Source: an uncultured Thermoleophilia bacterium | Lineage (GTDB): Bacteria > Actinomycetota > Thermoleophilia > UBA2241 | Reading direction: 5' to 3' | Length of the DNA: 64,000 nt | Assembly (NCBI GenBank): GCA_963715985.1 | Contig: CAVQSP010000014.1 | Location: 160,001-224,000, forward strand | Part shown: positions 9,839 through 20,680 of the stretch, piece after piece | Layout of the letters: every line of letters starts with the position of its first letter | Position numbering within the stretch: the stretch's first letter is position 1 | The notes under the pieces: model-generated | Told to the model about the DNA's origin: nothing | The model's input: only the letters and a program-made list of their open reading frames with translations | Databases searched by the model: none | Made by a program: the position numbers and the translations under genes

Positions 9839-10582
9839 ATGGCCGAGTGCTTCACGTTCCCCATCGAGCGCGTGCGCCGCGCGAACCGGCGGGCGCAGGA
9901 GGCCGCGCGTGTCGACCGGCCGGCCGCGCCTCGCGGCGGCACGGTGGACCCTTCGCCCGTTCTCCGCAGCTTCGGCTGCCTGCAGATGAAGCCGGGCTGG
10001 AAGCTGCTGGCGTACCTGATGGGCGACCATCTCGGCGGCGAGTCACGGGTGGTCGCCGTGCCGGCGGACCTCGACCCGCACGGCGCGGCGCTGGCGCCGG
10101 TGACCGACCGCGCCGATGACGCCGACCGGCTATACCTCGACGACGGCGCTTGGGAGCGCGACCTGAGGCTGCCGCCGAAGGCCAGGCGCCGGTTCATGAC
10201 GGCCGTGGACGGCGACGGCAGCCCCTGGTCGCTGCTGTGCGGCTCGCTGGCCGTGCGCGTGCTCCTCGACTACGCCGCCTGGTGGCACGCGCTGTACGCG
10301 CACGACTGGTCCCAGCACGTCATCCTGGCGCGGCCGACGCCGCCGCGCTCGCTCGTCGAGGAGCCGGCCTGGGTGTTCGAGGGCGACATGCCCGGCCTGT
10401 GGCGCCCGGCCGTCTGGGTCGGTCGCTCCACCTCGACCGTGCGCTTCTACACGTACCGCCCGCCGTGGGCCAACTCCGAGGGCGTCTGGATGCACGAGGA
10501 CGAGTACGAGCACGGAAGCTGCGACCCGCAGATGTCGCGGGTGGAGATCGCGGCGGGGCGGCCGTCGACGATCATGTTCTGA
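9839..10582 (+). CDS. Hypothetical protein
   Basis: 247-aa ORF from ATG after a GAGGT RBS; coding-like GC3; Trp/Tyr-rich; family not recognised. Confidence 0.7.
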   Translation: MAECFTFPIERVRRANRRAQEAARVDRPAAPRGGTVDPSPVLRSFGCLQMKPGWKLLAYLMGDHLGGESRVVAVPADLDPHGAALAPVTDRADDADRLYLDDGAWERDLRLPPKARRRFMTAVDGDGSPWSLLCGSLAVRVLLDYAAWWHALYAHDWSQHVILARPTPPRSLVEEPAWVFEGDMPGLWRPAVWVGRSTSTVRFYTYRPPWANSEGVWMHEDEYEHGSCDPQMSRVEIAAGRPSTIMF

Positions 10583-10754
10583 GAGTTCGGTCGCTGCCGG
10601 CCTGGCCACAGATCGGCGCCCGTCGGCGCGCGCCGGCGTGCCGGTCTCCGCGGCCTGCCGCAACGTCATCCCCCCTTCGCGTTCGTCATCCTCTTCGCGA
10701 GGCCGTCAGCTTGGTAGCGTCAGGCTTCGGCGACCTTGGCGCCCCGCGGCCGCC

Positions 10755-10783
10755 TTGACGAAGTGTAGCCTACTGGCTACAGT
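10755..10783 (+). promoter_or_regulatory. Sigma70-type promoter with overlapping operator
   Basis: TTGACG-N17-TACAGT; inverted repeat TGTAGCC-N4-GGCTACA at 10764-10781. Confidence 0.8.
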
Positions 10784-10788
10784 ACCTC

Positions 10789-11094
10789 TGGACCGAGCTC
10801 CGCAAGACCGAGGCGTTCGCACGCTGGCTCGACGACCTGCGTGACCCGCGGGCGAGAGCCCGGGTACAGGTCCGGATCGAGCGATTGGCGGCCGGCAACC
10901 CCGGTGACGTGAGGGCCGTGGGGAAGGGAGTCTCCGAGTTGCGCATCGACCACGGTCCCGGCTACAGGGTGTACTTCACCAGGCGGCGTCCTGCACTGAT
11001 CGTCCTCCTGGTGGGCGGCGTCAAGGGCACGCAGGCAGCAGACATCCAGACCGCTCAGCGTCTGGCCGACGAGCTGCGCGAGGAACATCGATGA
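10789..11094 (+). CDS. RelE/HigB-family addiction-module toxin (start codon appears as TGG)
   Basis: TELRKTEAFARWLDDLRD...GNPGDVRAVGKGVSELRIDHGPGYRVYF; ATGA overlap with the antitoxin. Confidence 0.85.
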   Translation, partial: WTELRKTEAFARWLDDLRDPRARARVQVRIERLAAGNPGDVRAVGKGVSELRIDHGPGYRVYFTRRRPALIVLLVGGVKGTQAADIQTAQRLADELREEHR

Positions 11095-11441
11095 CCAGGA
11101 CCGTCACCACCAGCTACGACGTCGCCGACCACCTCCGCACGGCGGAGGAGATGGCCGCCTATCTGGAGGCTTGCCTCGAGGAGGCCCCAGGCGATGCCGC
11201 GTTCATCGCCAGGGCCCTGGGCGACATCGCCCGCGCCAAAGGGATGACCCAGGTGGCGCGTGACGCCGGCCTCTCTCGCGAGAGTCTGTACAAGGCGCTC
11301 TCCGGCGCGCGCAGTCCCGACTTCGACACGATCCTGCGGGTGGTCGGCGCGCTGGGGCTCGAGCTCCACGCGGCAACCGCGCCGGACTCCACGGCTCGAG
11401 CCGTCGCCCACAGAGGCTCGCGGGGTTCGTCGGGCGGCTGA
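11091..11441 (+). CDS. Addiction-module antidote protein (HigA-like XRE HTH)
   Basis: YDVADHLRT...ALGDIARAKGMTQVARDAGLSRESLYKALS...PDFDTI. Confidence 0.9.
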   Translation: MTRTVTTSYDVADHLRTAEEMAAYLEACLEEAPGDAAFIARALGDIARAKGMTQVARDAGLSRESLYKALSGARSPDFDTILRVVGALGLELHAATAPDSTARAVAHRGSRGSSGG

Positions 11442-11539
11442 GGGGCGTGGCCCACCTCGACTTGCCCTCGGCAGCGGCCGTGGATAGTCCGGGGTCCGTC
11501 ACAGCTCCGCGCTATACTCGTGCTCTGCAAGGAGGCCCC

Positions 11540-11737
11540 ATGCGCTATCGCATCGCCATTCACCAGTCTGAAGAAGGCTACTCGGTCTCTGTTCCAGGCC
11601 TGCCGGGGTGCTGGTCTCAGGGCGCCACCGACGCCGAGGCGGTCGAGAACATCAAGGACGCCATCCGTGAGTACCTCGCCGTCGTCGAGGACCAGCTTCG
11701 AGGCGAGGAGATCCGCGAGATCGACGTGGCCGTCTGA
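11540..11737 (+). CDS. hicB: HicB-family antitoxin (short form without a DNA-binding domain)
   Basis: EEGYSVSVPGLPGCWSQGAT..EAVENIKDAI; AAGGAGG RBS; TATACT at 11513-11518. Confidence 0.88.
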   Translation: MRYRIAIHQSEEGYSVSVPGLPGCWSQGATDAEAVENIKDAIREYLAVVEDQLRGEEIREIDVAV

Positions 11738-11739
11738 CC

Positions 11740-11952
11740 GTGCCGCGGATCCCTGGCGTCAACCACCTTGATGCCGTACGCGTGCTGCAGAAGGCCGGGT
11801 TCGAGATCGTCCGTCAAGGCAAGCACATCGTCATGTCGAACGGCACGCGCATCCTGACGATTCCGCGGCACGACCCTGTCAACGCCTTCACGCTCGGGGG
11901 GATCGTGCGCGACGCAGGACTCATCGTCGAGCAGTTCCGTGATGCCCTGTAG
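11740..11952 (+). CDS. hicA: HicA-family toxin
   Basis: VLQKAGFEIVRQGKHIVM...TIPRH...TLGGIVRDAGL. Confidence 0.88.
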   Translation: MPRIPGVNHLDAVRVLQKAGFEIVRQGKHIVMSNGTRILTIPRHDPVNAFTLGGIVRDAGLIVEQFRDAL

Positions 11953-11988
11953 CAGAGAACGCCGCCGCGTGTGGCTCTCCCGTGGCCC

Positions 11989-12040
11989 TGAACCGCCCCG
12001 GGTTTCTCGGAGGCTCCAAACCCTGAGAGAACGAAGAGGC
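11989..12040 (+). mobile_element. Orphan IS3-family (IS51/IS6110-like) terminus
   Basis: TGAACCGCCCCGGGTTTCTCGGAGGC resembles the terminal IR at 15916; no transposase follows. Confidence 0.6.
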
Positions 12041-12072
12041 GTCGGGGGCGCCGTGGCGAGTAGGCTGACGCG

Positions 12073-13521
12073 GTGACGACGCGCCTCGACCCCAGTATCG
12101 CCCTCGCCGACACTCAGCGCCTGCGACTCGCGCAGGCCGACCCGCGCGACGCCGACGGCGTGCTTCGCCTGTCCGGCGCGCTCACGCTGGACCAGCTCGA
12201 CGGTGCGGCCACATTCGTCAACGCCCGCACGGTGCTCGCGGCGCTCGACGAGGCGCCGGTGCGCGCCACCAAGGAACTCGGCAATCTCGAGCTCCGCTTC
12301 GTGGCGCGCATGCTCGACGAGCTGCAGCTGGATGCGGAGGCGCGGGAGAGGATCCGCTACGTCTCGCGACGGCCACAGGAAGAGGATGTGCGCGACCTCC
12401 ACATGCTGCGCGTGGTCTTGCAGCTGGCCGGCCTCGTCAAGAAGCGCAGCGGCCACTTCTCCATCACCCAGCGCGGCCGGCAGCTACTCTCGCCGGACAA
12501 AGCGGCCGGGCTGTTCGAGACGCTCCTGCGGACGTACTTCGGCAAGTTCAACATCTTCTACGTCTACGGCTGTCGGCAAGATCGGCAGCTCCAGCGCCGC
12601 ATCGTCCTGGCGTTCTGGACCATCCGGCGTCTCGCGGAGCACCCCGTGGACGGCGCGCGCATCGCCGCTCTCATGCCTCGCGACGGCGCAACGTGGAGCC
12701 CGCACGACGGCTACGTCGAGGACTCTCCGGAGGAGTACGAGGTCGCCGTGAGCCATGTCGTGCTTGAACCGTTGCGAGGTTTCGGCCTGCTCGGCGGAGG
12801 AGAGCCGGTCGGGAAGTGGCCGTCGCGCAAGCGTGCGCCGTGGCAGGTCACGCCGCTGTTCGACGCGGCGATCTCGTTCGACCTGGCGGAGGACGTCATG
12901 GCCGGCGCCGATGCCGGCCCTTCCACTACCTCAGTCGCCCGGCTCCTCGTGACGCTGCAGAGCGTGGAGCCGGCGGTGTGGCGCCGCCTCGAGGTGCTGG
13001 CGACCTCCACCTTCGATCAGCTGCATCGGTACATCAACGCCGCCATGGGCTGGCTGGACTACCACCTGCACGAGTTCCGGGTTGGGCGCCGCCGCATCGC
13101 GGCCTCCGATGCCGATTGGGAGACCGAGTGGCCGCATGAGGACGAGACGCAGGTGACGCTGGGGGAGTCGCTGGCGGACGGAGTCCGGACCTTCCGCTAC
13201 CACTACGACTTCGGCGACGACTGGGAGCACCTCGTGGAGGTCGAGCATGTCGGTCCGCCGGAACAGGGTGTGTTCTACCCCCGCTGCGTCGCGGCCGCGG
13301 GCGCCTGCCCGCCGGAGGACTGCGGCGGTCCACACGGGTACCTCGAGCTGCTCGAGGCCCTCGCGGATCCGGAGGATCCGGAGCACGCCGAGCTCCTGCA
13401 GTGGCTGGAGGAGCCCCTGGACCCCGGCTACGTCGACGTCGAGGGCATCGACCGCCTGCTGCGCCTGGCCGCGACCGGTGAGATCCGGCCGGACGACCTG
13501 GACTACTTCTCCGGGAAGTAG
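12073..13521 (+). CDS. Plasmid pRiA4b ORF-3-family protein with a long N-terminal extension
   Basis: C-terminal VWRRLEV...LHRYINAAMGWLDYHLHEF...YHYDFGDDWEH...CPPEDCGGPHGY. Confidence 0.88.
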   Translation: MTTRLDPSIALADTQRLRLAQADPRDADGVLRLSGALTLDQLDGAATFVNARTVLAALDEAPVRATKELGNLELRFVARMLDELQLDAEARERIRYVSRRPQEEDVRDLHMLRVVLQLAGLVKKRSGHFSITQRGRQLLSPDKAAGLFETLLRTYFGKFNIFYVYGCRQDRQLQRRIVLAFWTIRRLAEHPVDGARIAALMPRDGATWSPHDGYVEDSPEEYEVAVSHVVLEPLRGFGLLGGGEPVGKWPSRKRAPWQVTPLFDAAISFDLAEDVMAGADAGPSTTSVARLLVTLQSVEPAVWRRLEVLATSTFDQLHRYINAAMGWLDYHLHEFRVGRRRIAASDADWETEWPHEDETQVTLGESLADGVRTFRYHYDFGDDWEHLVEVEHVGPPEQGVFYPRCVAAAGACPPEDCGGPHGYLELLEALADPEDPEHAELLQWLEEPLDPGYVDVEGIDRLLRLAATGEIRPDDLDYFSGK

Positions 13522-13667
13522 GACGGCGGGGCGGGCGCGGACCCCTGCGGCGGGACTCTTCCGTCCCGCCCGGCGTCTATCATGCTCAGTCCCGGCAGGC
13601 GCACGCGCGTCGGCTCGGGGCGAGCGGACACCGCCGGCGCGGCGGCCGGCGGACGGAGGGGGTCGAC

Positions 13668-14320
13668 ATGACGACACGCAGGGACAACTCCTACATCTGG
13701 GTCACCTGGATCACCGGCCTGCTCGTCGGCCGACAAGCACTGCGAGTGGTCGGCCTGGTTCCGCGCCCACTACCAGGACTACGCCAAGGTCCCGAGCGAC
13801 TTCAATCTGGCGGCGTGGAAGGCGGCGCACGGCGAGATGGTGCGCACGCCGCGCCGACGAGCTCAGGGCCGGCGGCTGGACGGTGTACGTCGAGGACCAG
13901 AACAAGTTCTCGCTGGCGGGCAAGGCCGCCACGCTCGGCGGCGTCGCCGACATCGTCGCGGTCCGCGGCGGCGAGGGCCTCGTGGTCGACTGCAAGTCGG
14001 GCAAGCAGCGCGACTCGGACGCCTTCCAGGTGCTCACGTACATGCTCGTGCTGCCGTACACGCACAAGGCATGCAAGGACGTCCGGCTCGCCGGCGAGGT
14101 GCAGTACCGGGAGACGAGCCTCCACATCGAGCCCGACCAGCTCACCGACGAGATGCGGTGGCTCATCCGCGGCGTCATCGAGCGCGTGGGCGGGCCCGAG
14201 AGCCTCGCGAAGGTGCCGAGCCTCTCGGAGTGCCGGTTCTGCGACCTCACGGCGGCCGACTGCCCGGAGCGGGTGGAGCAGCCGCCGACGGGCGGGTCGG
14301 TCGCCCACGACCTGTTCTGA
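13668..14320 (+). CDS. Cas4-like PD-(D/E)xK nuclease (two frameshifts near 13730 and 13850)
   Basis: Reconstructed ...ADKHCEWSAWF...VYVEDQN...GVADIVAV...VVDCKSG...FQVLTY...CRFCDLTAADC; one early Cys plus a CxxC-x6-C cluster. Confidence 0.75.
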
Positions 14321-14494
14321 CCCGGGCCCGTGGCAGTCTGGGATTCCAACTCCACCTCCCCCCGGGAACGACGTGCCTCTCCATCGTAGAGGCGTGCCGG
14401 ACGGTGGCCCTGCACGGCGATCTGCGTGGCCATCCGGTCCGTCCGGCCGCAGTGTTACCGTCAATCACGGTGTCGTAGACGGGAGGAAGCGGGC

Positions 14495-15529
14495 ATGACC
14501 TTGGAATCCACACAGGAGCTTGACTGTCCGCAGTGCGGCCGCAGCCAGGAGGTCACCATCTGGCAGAGCGTCAACGTGACGCTGGATCCGTCGCTGCGTG
14601 AACTGCTCGCGGGGCGACGCATCAATGCCTTTCGCTGCGAGGAGTGCGGGTTCGCGGCCTACCTGGGGGTGCCGCTCCTGTACCACGACATGCAGCGGCG
14701 ATTCTGCGTCCAGTTCTACCCGGCCGAGGCGATCGCCGACGACGACTTCATCGCCAGGTTCGAGCCGACGGTGCCGACGTTCATGAGGTCCTTCGCGGAC
14801 ATGCCGCTCGAGTACGTCACGCAGCCGCATCTCGTGTTCGACATGGACGACCTCCTGCACTGCGTCGAGTTCTTCGAGCGGCTGCTGCCGGTCGCCGCGG
14901 GCGATGTGGGTCTGGGGGGCGCGAGGACCCCGTCGACGACGGTGACTCTCGACAACCTCGATGCCAGGTACAGCGAGCTCTTCGAGCTGCTGGGCCCGAG
15001 AAAGGCGCAAGTCCTCGCCTTCAAGGGGTACATCGAGCGCGAGACGAGCTGGCTGACCTCGCCGGCCTCGACGCGCTTCCACCTCAACGTCGAGCGGGGG
15101 CTGCTGCTGCACTCCGTCGGCGTCGCCTACAACGTGCTCGCCATCAAACGGGAGCTGGCGCCTGACATCTCTGACGAGTCGGTCGTCATCGCGGCGCTCT
15201 TCCACGACCTCGGCAAGGTCGGGTACCCGGGCAAGCCCTACTACCTGCGCAATGACGTGCAGTGGGAGATCGGCAGGCGCAACATGACCTACAAGGTCAA
15301 CCCCGAGGCCACGACCATGAACCTGGCCGTGCGCAGCCTCTATCTCATCGCCAATCGCGTCGAGCTCACCGAGGACGAGGCGCAGGCGATCGTCGCGCAC
15401 GACGGCATCTATCCCGTCTCCGGCGGCGTCAACAACCTCGATTACCACCACCGAGAGTGCAGGCTGCAGATGATCGTGCACTTCGCCGACAAGTGGACGG
15501 CGGCCGTGGATGAGGAGGGGCGAAGTTAG
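14495..15529 (+). CDS. CpXC-domain protein in frame with an HD-domain phosphohydrolase
   Basis: CPQCG...WQSVNVTLDP...CEECG...LLYHD, then HSVGV...LFHDLGK...AHDG...HFADKW. Confidence 0.8.
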   Translation: MTLESTQELDCPQCGRSQEVTIWQSVNVTLDPSLRELLAGRRINAFRCEECGFAAYLGVPLLYHDMQRRFCVQFYPAEAIADDDFIARFEPTVPTFMRSFADMPLEYVTQPHLVFDMDDLLHCVEFFERLLPVAAGDVGLGGARTPSTTVTLDNLDARYSELFELLGPRKAQVLAFKGYIERETSWLTSPASTRFHLNVERGLLLHSVGVAYNVLAIKRELAPDISDESVVIAALFHDLGKVGYPGKPYYLRNDVQWEIGRRNMTYKVNPEATTMNLAVRSLYLIANRVELTEDEAQAIVAHDGIYPVSGGVNNLDYHHRECRLQMIVHFADKWTAAVDEEGRS

Positions 15530-15834
15530 GTGCCGATGCGAGCCGCGCCGTTCCAGTCTATCTGAGCGCTCCGGCGCGTCAGGTCTTGCGCTTCTTGGGC
15601 GGATGGCCGACGACCGTTCGCTACCGCCACCAACAGCTGATAGACCGCCGGGCCATCGCCGCGCTTGCGGTCCCGCGCCTTGTCCAACGCGCCAAGCTGC
15701 ATCCAGCCACGAATCGTGGCGTCGGCTCCGGCGTCGACGAGAAGCTTCGCCATCTGCAGTGAGCAGGTGGCCGCCACCCACCGAATAGCGTGTTGCCGAT
15801 GACGCTCTCGTCATGCGCGTTGACGTCGGCACCA
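15526..15834 (-). pseudogene. Ankyrin-repeat protein, C-terminal half (IS-interrupted)
   Basis: GADVNAHDESVIGNT.../MAKLLVDAGADATIRGW; joins 18513-18700 once the insertion is removed. Confidence 0.85.
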
Positions 15835-15943
15835 TGCGCATTCCACGCAAGTCGAACACATGTTCCACGTGAAGCCGAACACCGCTTCCACGTGAAGCCG
15901 AACACCTCGGCGCGCTGAAGCGCGCCGGGTTTGATGGAGGCCG

Positions 15944-17008
<1,065 letters not shown>

Positions 17009-17905
17009 TTAGGCTGCCTGCTCTGTCCTGAGATCTCTCTGCTGGGCCTCGTAGTCAGTCGGTGAGAGGTAGCCCAGGCTGGAGTGCAGCCGTTGACGGT
17101 TGTAGAAGACCTCGACGTACTCGAAGATGGCGCGCCTGGCAGCGGCACGCGTCGGCCAGGCGCCGCGGTAGAGCAGTTCCTCCTTGAGGGTCGCGAAGAA
17201 GCTCTCGGCGACGGCGTTGTCCCAGCACTGCCCGGGCCGTGAGAGCGACTGCACGAGGCCGTGCCTTCCGAGCAGCCCGCGGAACTCGGCCGAGGTGTAC
17301 TGGCCGCCGCGATCGGAGTGGAAGATCAGCCCCTTGGCCGGGCGCCGCTGCGCGAGCGCCATCTCGAGCGCCTCGCAGGCCAGCGAGGCGCGCAGGTGGT
17401 CGGCGGTCGCCAGGCCGACGACGCGGCGGCTGGCGAGGTCGATCACCGTGGCCACGTAGGTCCAGCCCTCCCAGGTGCGCACGTAGCTGATGTCGCCGCA
17501 CCAGCAGCTGTCGATCGCGTGGGCGGCGGGGGCGAAGTCGCGCTGCAGAAGGTCGCGGGTGACGGCCGCGCGCGGGTCGGCGATGGTGGTGCGCTTCCTG
17601 CGCCGCCGGGCCCGTCCGGCGAGGCCGCGGGAGGCCATGAGGCGGGCGACGCGCTTGCGCGAGACGCGCAGGCCCTGCGTGCGCAGCGCCCGCGTGATGC
17701 GCGGCGCCCCGTAGGTGCCGCGTGAGGCCTTGTGGGCGGCGGTGATCCGCGCGAGCAGCTCCTCGTCGCGCAGAGCGCGTGCACTCGGGCCGGCGGACGA
17801 CCAGCGGTAGTAGGCGGCGCGGGAGACCTTGAGCAAGGCGCAGGCCCGATGCACGCAGCCTGCTCTTGCGACTCTCTCCGCCTCGATGAACGGGTAGACG
17901 TTCAC
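17009..17905 (-). CDS. IS3-family transposase OrfB
   Basis: [43 protein letters not shown]; -1 overlap with orfA at T TTT TTC. Confidence 0.95.
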   Translation of the reverse strand: MNVYPFIEAERVARAGCVHRACALLKVSRAAYYRWSSAGPSARALRDEELLARITAAHKASRGTYGAPRITRALRTQGLRVSRKRVARLMASRGLAGRARRRRKRTTIADPRAAVTRDLLQRDFAPAAHAIDSCWCGDISYVRTWEGWTYVATVIDLASRRVVGLATADHLRASLACEALEMALAQRRPAKGLIFHSDRGGQYTSAEFRGLLGRHGLVQSLSRPGQCWDNAVAESFFATLKEELLYRGAWPTRAAARRAIFEYVEVFYNRQRLHSSLGYLSPTDYEAQQRDLRTEQAA

Positions 17906-18207
17906 CGGGTCTCCCTGGCGAAAAAAGCCGTCGCACGGCGGAGGATGTCGCGCTCCTCGCGCAGCACCCGGTTCTCCTTGCGCAGGCGCACGAGCTCCTC
18001 GCGCTCGCTCGTGGTCAGGCCCTCTCTCTGACCTGCGTCGATCTCGGCCTGGCTGACCCAGCGGCGTACCGAGGACTCGGTGAGGTCGAGGTCGCGGGCG
18101 ATCTCCGACATCGACTTCTCGCTGCCGCGGCAGAGGGCGACGACCTCGGCCTTGTACTGCTCCGTGAACGACCGTCGCGTCCGTCGTCCCTGCTCCGTGC
18201 TCTCCAT
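17902..18207 (-). CDS. IS3-family transposase OrfA
   Basis: RRSFTEQYKAEVV...IARDLDLTESSVRRWV...LREERDILRRATAFFA. Confidence 0.93.
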   Translation of the reverse strand: MESTEQGRRTRRSFTEQYKAEVVALCRGSEKSMSEIARDLDLTESSVRRWVSQAEIDAGQREGLTTSEREELVRLRKENRVLREERDILRRATAFFARETR

Positions 18208-18512
18208 GCTTCGACATCCTTTCCGGGCACTGACGCCCTATCTTGGATGTCTGTCAGAACGGGTCAAGCCCACTTGCCGCCCTGTTCCGCGGGGGCGTTC
18301 TTGATCCAGTAGCGTACGGCATCGGGACTTACGCCCAGCTTCTCGGCGACGCGACGGACCGCCCCGGGCTCGTCACTCTCGGCGACCATGCGCACCGCTC
18401 GCTCACGCAGCTCTTTCGGGAAGGTCGTTCCTCGGGGCATTCGCTCCTCCTGGAATCTCGGAGCCTCCACAATACCCGGCGCGCTTCAGTTCGGCTTGGC
18501 GCGGAATACGCA

Positions 18513-18700
18513 GCACCATGCCGGATCAGATACGTCGCGACACCGATGTGATCGTTCTCGACCGCGCGGTGTAGAGGCGTCTTGCCCAGATCATCGAGGG
18601 CGTTGACGGGATGTCTGAGGGCGACGAGCCGGCCTACCCCCTCAAGGTCGCCCGACTGGGCAAGGGAATGGAGTTGTTCGCCGTCGAACTGAGCGTCCAT
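18513..18700 (-). pseudogene. Ankyrin-repeat protein, N-terminal half
   Basis: MDAQFDGEQLHSLAQSGDLEGV...DDLGKTPLHRAVENDHIGVATYLIRHG. Confidence 0.85.
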
Positions 18701-18708
18701 CGTGTTTC

Positions 18709-18770
18709 GCCTAAGGGTTTGGCGGTCCAGCGGCGGCGCGGAGCGCCGGCCGCTGCAAGCGCGGTTCAGC
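18709..18770 (-). repeat. attC-like site (degenerate)
   Basis: Minus strand GCTGAAC...CAGCGGCCGGCGC-TCC-GCGCCGCCGCTG...CTTAGGC: R''/R'-like boxes, arms with an unpaired base, overlaps the upstream stop codon. Confidence 0.65.
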
Positions 18771-19299
18771 CACCGGCGCTCCAGCGATTGACCACTTCGG
18801 CTTGCCACGGAGACTCTGGCCATCCGCTCTCTCCTCGGGCGACGTGAATCCGGTTCAAGTATTCGATGATGGCATCGGCGTCATGTCCGAGCTCGCGCAG
18901 CGTGCAGCCAAGAACGGTCCCGGTTCGGCCTCGACCGCCCCAGCAGTGGACAACGACTCCTCGGCCGATCCGTAGCGACTGCACGGTCGCGTGGACCGCC
19001 TTCTGGATCGAGCGGACCTCGCGCTCAGCGTCCTGCGGGGGACCGCCGCCTACGAGATCCTCGAGCTGCTCAGCGAACACCGTCTTGAGGGGAGCTGGGC
19101 TGTAGTCCCCGGGGTGCAGCGACACGAGATCAGAGAACCCGCTGGCATGGATCGCAGACCAGGGCCACGCGTTGCTGGGAAGTCGCATTCCCGCCAGCGG
19201 CGCGGGGCAGCGAAGCACCCAGTAGAGGTCCTGCGGTACCTGGAGGCCGGCGATCGGTGTACCTTCTTCAGGTGGGATCAATGTCACGGCGCACCTCAT
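18766..19299 (-). CDS. Dual-specificity/tyrosine phosphatase-family protein
   Basis: VVVHCWGGRGRTG (HCx5R); ES..Q motif near the C-terminus. Confidence 0.88.
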   Translation of the reverse strand: MRCAVTLIPPEEGTPIAGLQVPQDLYWVLRCPAPLAGMRLPSNAWPWSAIHASGFSDLVSLHPGDYSPAPLKTVFAEQLEDLVGGGPPQDAEREVRSIQKAVHATVQSLRIGRGVVVHCWGGRGRTGTVLGCTLRELGHDADAIIEYLNRIHVARGESGWPESPWQAEVVNRWSAGG

Positions 19300-19386
19300 G
19301 GCTAGCGTGTGGGCGTCAAGCCGCGAGAGCCGACGCCGCGGTCCTGCGCATCGCTTCTGCGAGTCAGCTCGAACGCCTTGTCAGGT
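19300..19386 (-). repeat. attC-like site (degenerate)
   Basis: Minus strand ACCTGAC-AAGGCGTTCGAGCTGAC...GCGGCTTGACGCC-CACAC-GCTAGCC, lying between a stop codon and the next ATG. Confidence 0.65.
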
Positions 19387-19875
19387 GGTCTCATCGGTGC
19401 CCCGGGTCGCGAGGATCCGCTCGAGGAATGCGTTCTTCGCCTCCCGGTAGTCGTCAGTCGCGCGGCGAGCGTGCTCGATCTTGATCCGGTCGTACTCCTC
19501 CCGGGCGTCGTCTTGGGCGCGCTGGTAGTCACGAAGGTAGAGGAAGCGGTCGACCTCCGACCCGCTGACGACGACCTGGATCCCCCACGGCAGCTCGAAG
19601 CTGTCGTCGTCACCGAAGCTCGCGAACTCGTCCGTCCGGTTCTCGGCCTGCTTCTTGTCGAACAGCGTCCCGAGAGACCGCACCACGACAGGGAACTGCG
19701 TCGACGTGACGCGGACGACGATGTCGACGTCACCTTTGGTGACGGCTCCGGGTATCGCAGTTGCGCCGACATGGTGCGTCTCGACGTCCGGAAGGACGGC
19801 ATGCAGGCGAGTCAGCGCTGCTTCGAGTGTCGGCTCGGCCTGGGGCTGCAGTTCGTCTACGCGCCGGAGTTCCAC
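19381..19875 (-). CDS. GrpB/UPF0157-family nucleotidyltransferase-fold protein
   Basis: HHVGATAIPGAVTKGDVDIVV...FLYLRD...EYDRIK...YREAKNAFL. Confidence 0.85.
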   Translation of the reverse strand: MELRRVDELQPQAEPTLEAALTRLHAVLPDVETHHVGATAIPGAVTKGDVDIVVRVTSTQFPVVVRSLGTLFDKKQAENRTDEFASFGDDDSFELPWGIQVVVSGSEVDRFLYLRDYQRAQDDAREEYDRIKIEHARRATDDYREAKNAFLERILATRGTDETT

Positions 19876-19891
19876 GTCTTTGTGTCGACCC

Positions 19892-19972
19892 ACCCAGCGT
19901 GTTTGCGCATGAGCTGCGGCCCGTGCGCTTCGGGACGAATCTATCGCGACACCAACGATGCGCTTGTCGGCT
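19892..19972 (-). repeat. attC-like site (highly degenerate)
   Basis: Minus strand AGCCGAC-AAGCGCATC...GCAGCTCATGCGC-AAACAC-GCTGGGT. Confidence 0.5.
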
Positions 19973-19984
19973 CCACGTCTGGGT

Positions 19985-20281
19985 CTACTGACGACCATGC
20001 CAGTAGAACGGGCTGCGCGCATGGTGGGCCACGGCAAGGACGCGGATCTCCGCTTCGGTCACCGAGTACATGAGCGAGTACGGGTAGCCCAGGAGGATCT
20101 TGCGCCGGGACCGGCCGTTGACGGGCGACGACGCCTCAGGGAACGCGACGATCTGCGACAGCGCCAGCCCTATCTGGGCGAGGAAGAGCTGGTCGAGACC
20201 GGGGCACTGCAGGGCGTAGTGGTCGGCTGCGTCGTTGAGATCGCTCTCGGCCTCGGGATGAAACCGCAGCGACCGGCTCAA
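19985..20281 (-). CDS. RelE/ParE-family toxin
   Basis: LRFHPEAESDL...RRKILLGYPYSLMY...VLAVAHHARSPFYW. Confidence 0.88.
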   Translation of the reverse strand: MSRSLRFHPEAESDLNDAADHYALQCPGLDQLFLAQIGLALSQIVAFPEASSPVNGRSRRKILLGYPYSLMYSVTEAEIRVLAVAHHARSPFYWHGRQ

Positions 20282-20502
20282 CCCCGGCGGGCCTTGGCCC
20301 GGGCGAGGACCTCGTCGGCGGGCAGTGATTGCACCGTGCCCGCGTCGAGCTCGCGCTCGCGCCGCGCCGCCTCCTCGAACCAGAGCTGCTCGATCTCGGC
20401 CGCGCTCAGGTCATCGAGGCTGTTGAGCAGCTCGCGGGCGAGGTCGGCACGGGCCTGGGGCGCCAGTTGCAGCGCTGCTGCCTTGAGCTCATCGACGGTC
20501 AT
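20278..20502 (-). CDS. Putative addiction-module antitoxin component
   Basis: MTVDELKAAALQL...RADLARELLNSLD...WFEEAARR...GTV; 4-bp overlap with the toxin; TACAAT at 20539-20544. Confidence 0.85.
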   Translation of the reverse strand: MTVDELKAAALQLAPQARADLARELLNSLDDLSAAEIEQLWFEEAARRERELDAGTVQSLPADEVLARAKARRG

Positions 20503-20629
20503 GGGTCGCACCTCGCTGGGAGCGGTTGATACATGCTGATTGTACCGCCGCCCATGCGAGTCGCCGCAAGATGACAATGGGCCAAGCCTCTGGGGGCGGG
20601 GAAATGCGGACTGCGTACGGCCGGCTAAG

Positions 20630-20680
20630 TGTCGAACGCCACGCGATTCCCCAGACCGGGCGCCAATCGATTCCCCACCC
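20630..20680 (+). mobile_element. Orphan IS21-like terminus
   Basis: TGTCGAACGCCACGCGATTCCCCAGACCGGGCGCCAATCGATTCCCCACC: TGT start with two CGCCA..CGATTCCCCA repeats. Confidence 0.55.

Noticed and set aside
15841-15906. Three TTCCACG..AAG.CGAACAC units resembling a mini-CRISPR or iterons
   Set aside because: The period is only ~23 bp with no real spacers; they are explained as IS21-type terminal repeats with a matching inverted end at 18489-18512.
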